This document shows, in pieces, positions 61,401 through 64,000 of a stretch of DNA of 64,000 nucleotides. The translations under genes and the position numbers were made by a program. The stretch is from the NCBI RefSeq assembly GCF_003704095.1, contig NW_020845961.1, forward strand, positions 186,001 to 250,000, read 5' to 3'. The notes beneath the pieces were generated by a model, which was not told where the DNA came from, ran no database searches, and saw only the letters and a program-made list of their open reading frames with translations. Numbering within the stretch: the first letter of the stretch is position 1; every line of letters starts with the position of its first letter. This DNA comes from Pocillopora damicornis (lineage: Eukaryota).

Positions 61401-63868
61401 CTTTCTAGTGGTGAATGGCCCATTCGTGTGCCTCTCCTTTTGCTTTTGCTCAACTGATGGTTACCTGCAAATATGTGGTTAATTTCTGTCCGTAGCCAAA
61501 ACCAAACTCGGACGGTGCGTTAAGACTTTTAATGACATGCCATCCGCTCACATTCTCTTCGTCTATTTCATTTAAGTCGTAGATATCCAGATTGCTGATA
61601 TTCCAAAACTCTCTCATTACTCCATTTCCATCAGATTTGGAGCCTGTGAAGCGAAACGAAAATCGTTCACACTGAATAATTACTTTATCAATTTTTAACT
61701 AACAGTTACTCTCCGAAATGGAGATGAGTACTTGTTTTAGTATATACCACACAGAAAGCTAACATACTGCAAACAGTGGTCGGAAATTAAAATCTTGACG
61801 AGCGATTTTGTCCCTTCAACTGCTCGTGGGTGAATATGGTACTCGCTAATCTCTTCTGACCTAGCCGGTCAGCGCGCGCAAAAGCACGCAAAAAGCACTA
61901 TTTACAAGTTTGGTATATAATTATCTATTTTAATCTATTGGGACGACTGAACATCTGTTTCAAAGGCTTCTCGCGATTCATACGAGATTGTTTTTAGGCT
62001 TACCTATTCCAGAAATGTGTAATTCGCGAGCAGTAAGTTTAGAGCTCCCCTTTTTGCGAACTTGGACGGCCACGCCCTTCACAGGGGGAACACAATCAAA
62101 CACTAATCCTGCACGTTTTTCATTTCTGTGACAACACACTGTCCGATCATGTGTCAAAACTTGAACCTGGTACAGTTCGCTACTCGTATGAAAATGACTC
62201 TCGTTGACCTTTACTTTGTAAATATGCAGATCCCCAAGTAGGGGAATGTTTATCCAAGGATTGAACTCCTACAATTGTAATAAAGATCATTTTTAATAAA
62301 TCTTAGCGGAAATATCGATATTGCTGTGTCAAGGATCATTAGGTGATAGATCACAGAAAAATAACTGGTACACCCAATTGCTCCACATCTTGCCACGAAA
62401 TCGTCAGTTGAACAATTGAAGAAATATCGGCGAAAGTCTAGAGGAAAATAGCTTTCTAACCCATTTGGTTGTATTTTATAGATCTGAAATTTGGTCATCG
62501 GCTTTCCGCTATCCAGCAAACAGCGTAGGTGTAGGTGTTGTGTATATGATAGCACACCTAATTACTCAAAATCGGAAGCGTCATAACTTAACGAACTGAA
62601 ATGGTGTCTTCCAATTTTTAATGCTGAGGGTCGAATGGTATAATTATGATAATAAGAGTTCATACGTACCTCATTGGAAGAGAANNNNNNNNNNNNNNNN
62701 NNNNNNNNNNNNNNNNNNNNNNNNNNNNNNNNNNNNNNNNNNNNNNNNNNNNNNNNNNNNNNNNNNNNNNNNNNNNNNNNNNNNNNNNNNNNNNNNNNNN
62801 NNNNNNNNNNNNNNNNNNNNNNNNNNNNNNNNNNNNNNNNNNNNNNNNNNNNNNNNNNNNNNNNNNNNNNNNNNNNNNNNNNNNNNNNNNNNNNNNNNNN
62901 NNNNNNNNNNNNNNNNNCATAAGAATATTACAGAGCTTTATAGGGGGGAACACTTACTTTATATCAATACACACCACTGCATACCAACGTCATAAGAGCT
63001 GCGAATTTTCTTTTGACTCAAATAAGGAGACTTAGTAAGTAATTTGAGGAAAAAATAAGGAAGACTAAAATTGACTTCGGAAAAATAGGTAACAAAAACA
63101 TGAAGTGACAAGTATTTAACTCAGAGACATGAAATAAATGAAGACTAATTTAGTTCTTAAAACAGAGAAGTTTGCCATTAAAACGAGTCGTGGTCTCTGA
63201 AAGTAGCCATTTAACATCGTTTGTCGAAAGTTCCACTCATCACGTCCGTAACATAGGATAAGTTATGACGTATAAGTATTCAATACCTTTTACCCATACC
63301 CCCATTCGTCCATCGCCATCACCGATCAATCAATCAAATAACTATCGTTTTACTCGGTCACAGTCTGCTGGTACTCACTAATTCTTACATTGGAAACAGC
63401 AAGTAAGAGTTTAATGAATTACACTTAAATCGTTTTAAAATATTACTAAAATCGACTTACCATCTTGGTTTTGACATATAACACCAACAGGATCATACCC
63501 GTCGCATGGTAGGTTACTAATCGCAGCTTCATCTCCATCAAGATGCACGCATGTTTTCGTCTGATTCAGTTTGGGATAACCTGATTTCCACAGATTAGGA
63601 TCAATACGCGATCCATCCATCCACGTCCAAGAATCCAGATCTGTCGAAACTCGATCCAAGTAAAACTCTCTTTTTTCAAGGTCCAGAGTAAGATTTCCCA
63701 GTAGATCGGATAATCTGTGGTGTTGTGCACTGGTATTAACCGTAGCTAAGCGATAACCGCCTCTTGAGCAGTTCTTTGAGGCGTCCGTCCAATTGGAACG
63801 AGCTCTATGGTAAATCTTGTAACAGTGGCCATCGATGTGGGAAAAACCCGCTGCGCAAGAGCTCTTAG
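33423..63868 (-). CDS. Giant GRL101/type-C LGR-like GPCR with a multi-domain ectodomain and a C-terminal pseudokinase domain; at least 41 exons, 5' end outside the window
   Basis: A continuous chain of minus-strand GT-AG exons with matching phases runs from the C-type lectin exon (63461-63868) through the PA14, MAM, LDLa, pentraxin, CUB, LRR and 7TM exons to a terminal exon with TAA at 33423-33425. One exon is cut by the N gap at 62685-62917. Confidence 0.82.
33922..34066. repeat. Near-perfect inverted repeat (about 37-bp arms) within a dispersed repeat element
   Basis: AAGAAATGTAAAATGGTTTCCGTGTTTACATAGCCTG ... CAGGCTATGTAAACACGGAAACCATTTTACATTTCTT. Confidence 0.8.
37709..38145. mobile_element. 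TIR-bounded non-autonomous DNA element (TA-flanked) immediately after the 7TM exon
   Basis: TACCGTGTTTCGTCGAATAAGCGC ... GGGCGATTATTCGAGGAAACACTA, with internal repeated TAAGCGCC motifs. Confidence 0.65.
38168..39201 (-). CDS. Hinge plus seven-transmembrane exon of the LGR/GRL101-like receptor
   Basis: Type-C LGR hinge LCCYA...C...EFSSCDDMM. TM motifs GNLIV, LSNLAMADFLMGVYL, C..VGAISMLSSEVS...TADRL, VCLPL, TDFLCWMPV and LPLNSSVNPILY. Acceptor at 39202-39203, donor at 38166-38167. Confidence 0.95.
39708..44493 (-). CDS. LRRNT plus 8 leucine-rich-repeat exons of the GPCR ectodomain: 44470-44493 micro-exon, 44225-44336 LRRNT, then 43252-43341, 42533-42604, 42207-42278, 41647-41718, 41230-41301, 40703-40774, 40017-40088, 39708-39782
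   Basis: Mostly 72-nt phase-2 exons, each encoding one LxxNxI/L..F..L..L..L repeat (e.g. DLSYNKIVYVEDRVFQDMSSLLEL, YLNDNKLKTLTSLAFDGLRKLEIL). The cap is CPENCNC...C..LTEFP. Confidence 0.92.
43640..43802. mobile_element. Short MITE with CAG...CTG-type termini (hAT-like)
   Basis: CAGCGGCAGATCCAG ... CTAGATCCGCTATTG. Confidence 0.55.
44874..45212 (-). CDS. CUB domain exon of the GPCR ectodomain
   Basis: GWILSPQYPGYY.N...TWTLIAPPGHVIKLEF..FDLE.S..C..DFVEV...GRFCG...F.SN....GGGFKANY. Symmetric phase-1 exon. Confidence 0.92.
46244..57893 (-). CDS. Three MAM domains (57807-57893/57221-57471/56429-56531; 53311-53433/52224-52501/51470-51578; 51034-51168/47079-47344/46244-46352) and two LDLa-like exons (55741-55863, 54991-55104)
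   Basis: MAM motifs: CYFERTKCGW, CMRFWYY, CLQFKY, CIKFRF, WQYGQV, FAIDDVSFSPEKC. LDLa motifs: CDGTEDCSDGSDELKHC and the degenerate FQCVDGSFIPWSETCQDSNGC. Confidence 0.85.
47935..50347 (-). CDS. Pentraxin/LamG-like domain exons (50134-50347, 49351-49499, 47935-48183)
   Basis: Motifs TLCVWIRT, DDKWHHVCASW...G.LKIYIDG and GYISGLNVWNHVL..QEI..M..C...GN..W. Phases are consistent. Confidence 0.85.
48225..48720. mobile_element. Dispersed repeat ending in a ~140-bp imperfect palindrome centred on CCGCTTCGCGG
   Basis: AGGACCGAGTGGAGTC...ATCGGACTCCCGCTTCGCGGTCGTCCGAAT...GACTCCACTTGGTCCT. Confidence 0.55.
51192..51403. mobile_element. TTAA-flanked MITE copy
   Basis: TTAACCCTTAAACTTCCATGAG ... CATGGGAGTTAAAGGGTTAA. 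Confidence 0.85.
51960..52170. repeat. Degenerate (GTGACA)n hexamer repeat, intronic
   Basis: Direct inspection; it generates spurious T/V-rich ORFs. Confidence 0.85.
56695..56810 (+). mobile_element. tRNA-like SINE head (not a functional tRNA)
   Basis: A-box-like TGACTTGGTGGTACAGCG and B-box GAGGTTCGATTTC; no proper acceptor stem. Confidence 0.5.
59345..59690. repeat. Degenerate (GTAACG/GTGACG)n hexamer repeat, intronic
   Basis: Direct inspection. Confidence 0.85.
59928..61643 (-). CDS. PA14-like domain exons (61465-61643, 60771-60919, 59928-60106)
   Basis: GVMREFWN.I...FGYGQKLTTYLQ..SGNFTFYMTC..RCELWL...YFYRMEV...DHLAVGVKFPNG.E.KP matches the animal PA14 pattern. Confidence 0.75.
61015..61400. 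repeat. Degenerate (CTGA)n tetramer repeat, intronic
   Basis: Direct inspection. Confidence 0.85.
62685..62917. other. Assembly gap (N run) that truncates one exon of the GPCR gene; a second 10-N gap lies at 39358-39367
   Basis: On the minus strand, TTC TCT TCC AAT GAG|GTACGT emerges from the gap with a phase-0 donor that matches the next exon (62004-62208). Confidence 0.9.
63461..63868 (-). CDS. C-type lectin-like domain exon of the GPCR ectodomain
   Basis: CAAGF...GHCYK...NWTDA..NC...LATV...WTWMDGS...W..GYP...CV.L...PC...VICQ. Symmetric phase-1 exon. Confidence 0.88.
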
Positions 63869-64000
63869 CTATTAGATTTCAAAAGATAATGGATATGTGA
63901 TACATAAAAAGTTGCAAAGAGGATGGCCTAAAATTAAAACCCCTTCCTTATAAAGGAGCTGATTCGAAAAATCAAAACCAGAAAAGTCTGCGGCTTATAC

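Noticed and set aside
62621-63035. ORFs spanning the N run
   Set aside because: They are artefacts of the assembly gap.

Overview
Intron-rich, AT-rich animal genomic DNA; the repeat content and gene set suggest a stony coral (inference). Five protein-coding genes were reconstructed by hand from GT-AG splice sites and reading-frame continuity. (1) The 3' half of POLG, mitochondrial DNA polymerase gamma (+, <200-13619). (2) A two-exon secreted/GPI-type Ly6/uPAR three-finger gene nested antisense in the last POLG intron (-, 10828-12144). (3) An atypical RERG/RASL12-like Ras GTPase with a degenerate G3 motif and no CAAX box (+, 16952-20516). (4) ZFR, with three C2H2 zinc fingers plus a DZF domain (+, 23156-32629). 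(5) A very large GRL101/type-C LGR-like GPCR gene of at least 41 exons (-, 33423->63868). Its ectodomain runs C-type lectin, F-type-like, PA14, MAM x3, LDLa x2, pentraxin, CUB, LRRNT and 8 LRRs. The main finding is that its 7TM exon can splice in frame into six further exons encoding a degenerate protein-kinase fold, giving a candidate GPCR-pseudokinase fusion receptor with TGF-beta-receptor-like kinase motifs. The rest of the window is TTAA-flanked and hairpin MITEs, tRNA-derived SINE fragments, a CR1/L2 LINE tail and several tandem repeats. All gene models come from manual reading with no RNA or database support.
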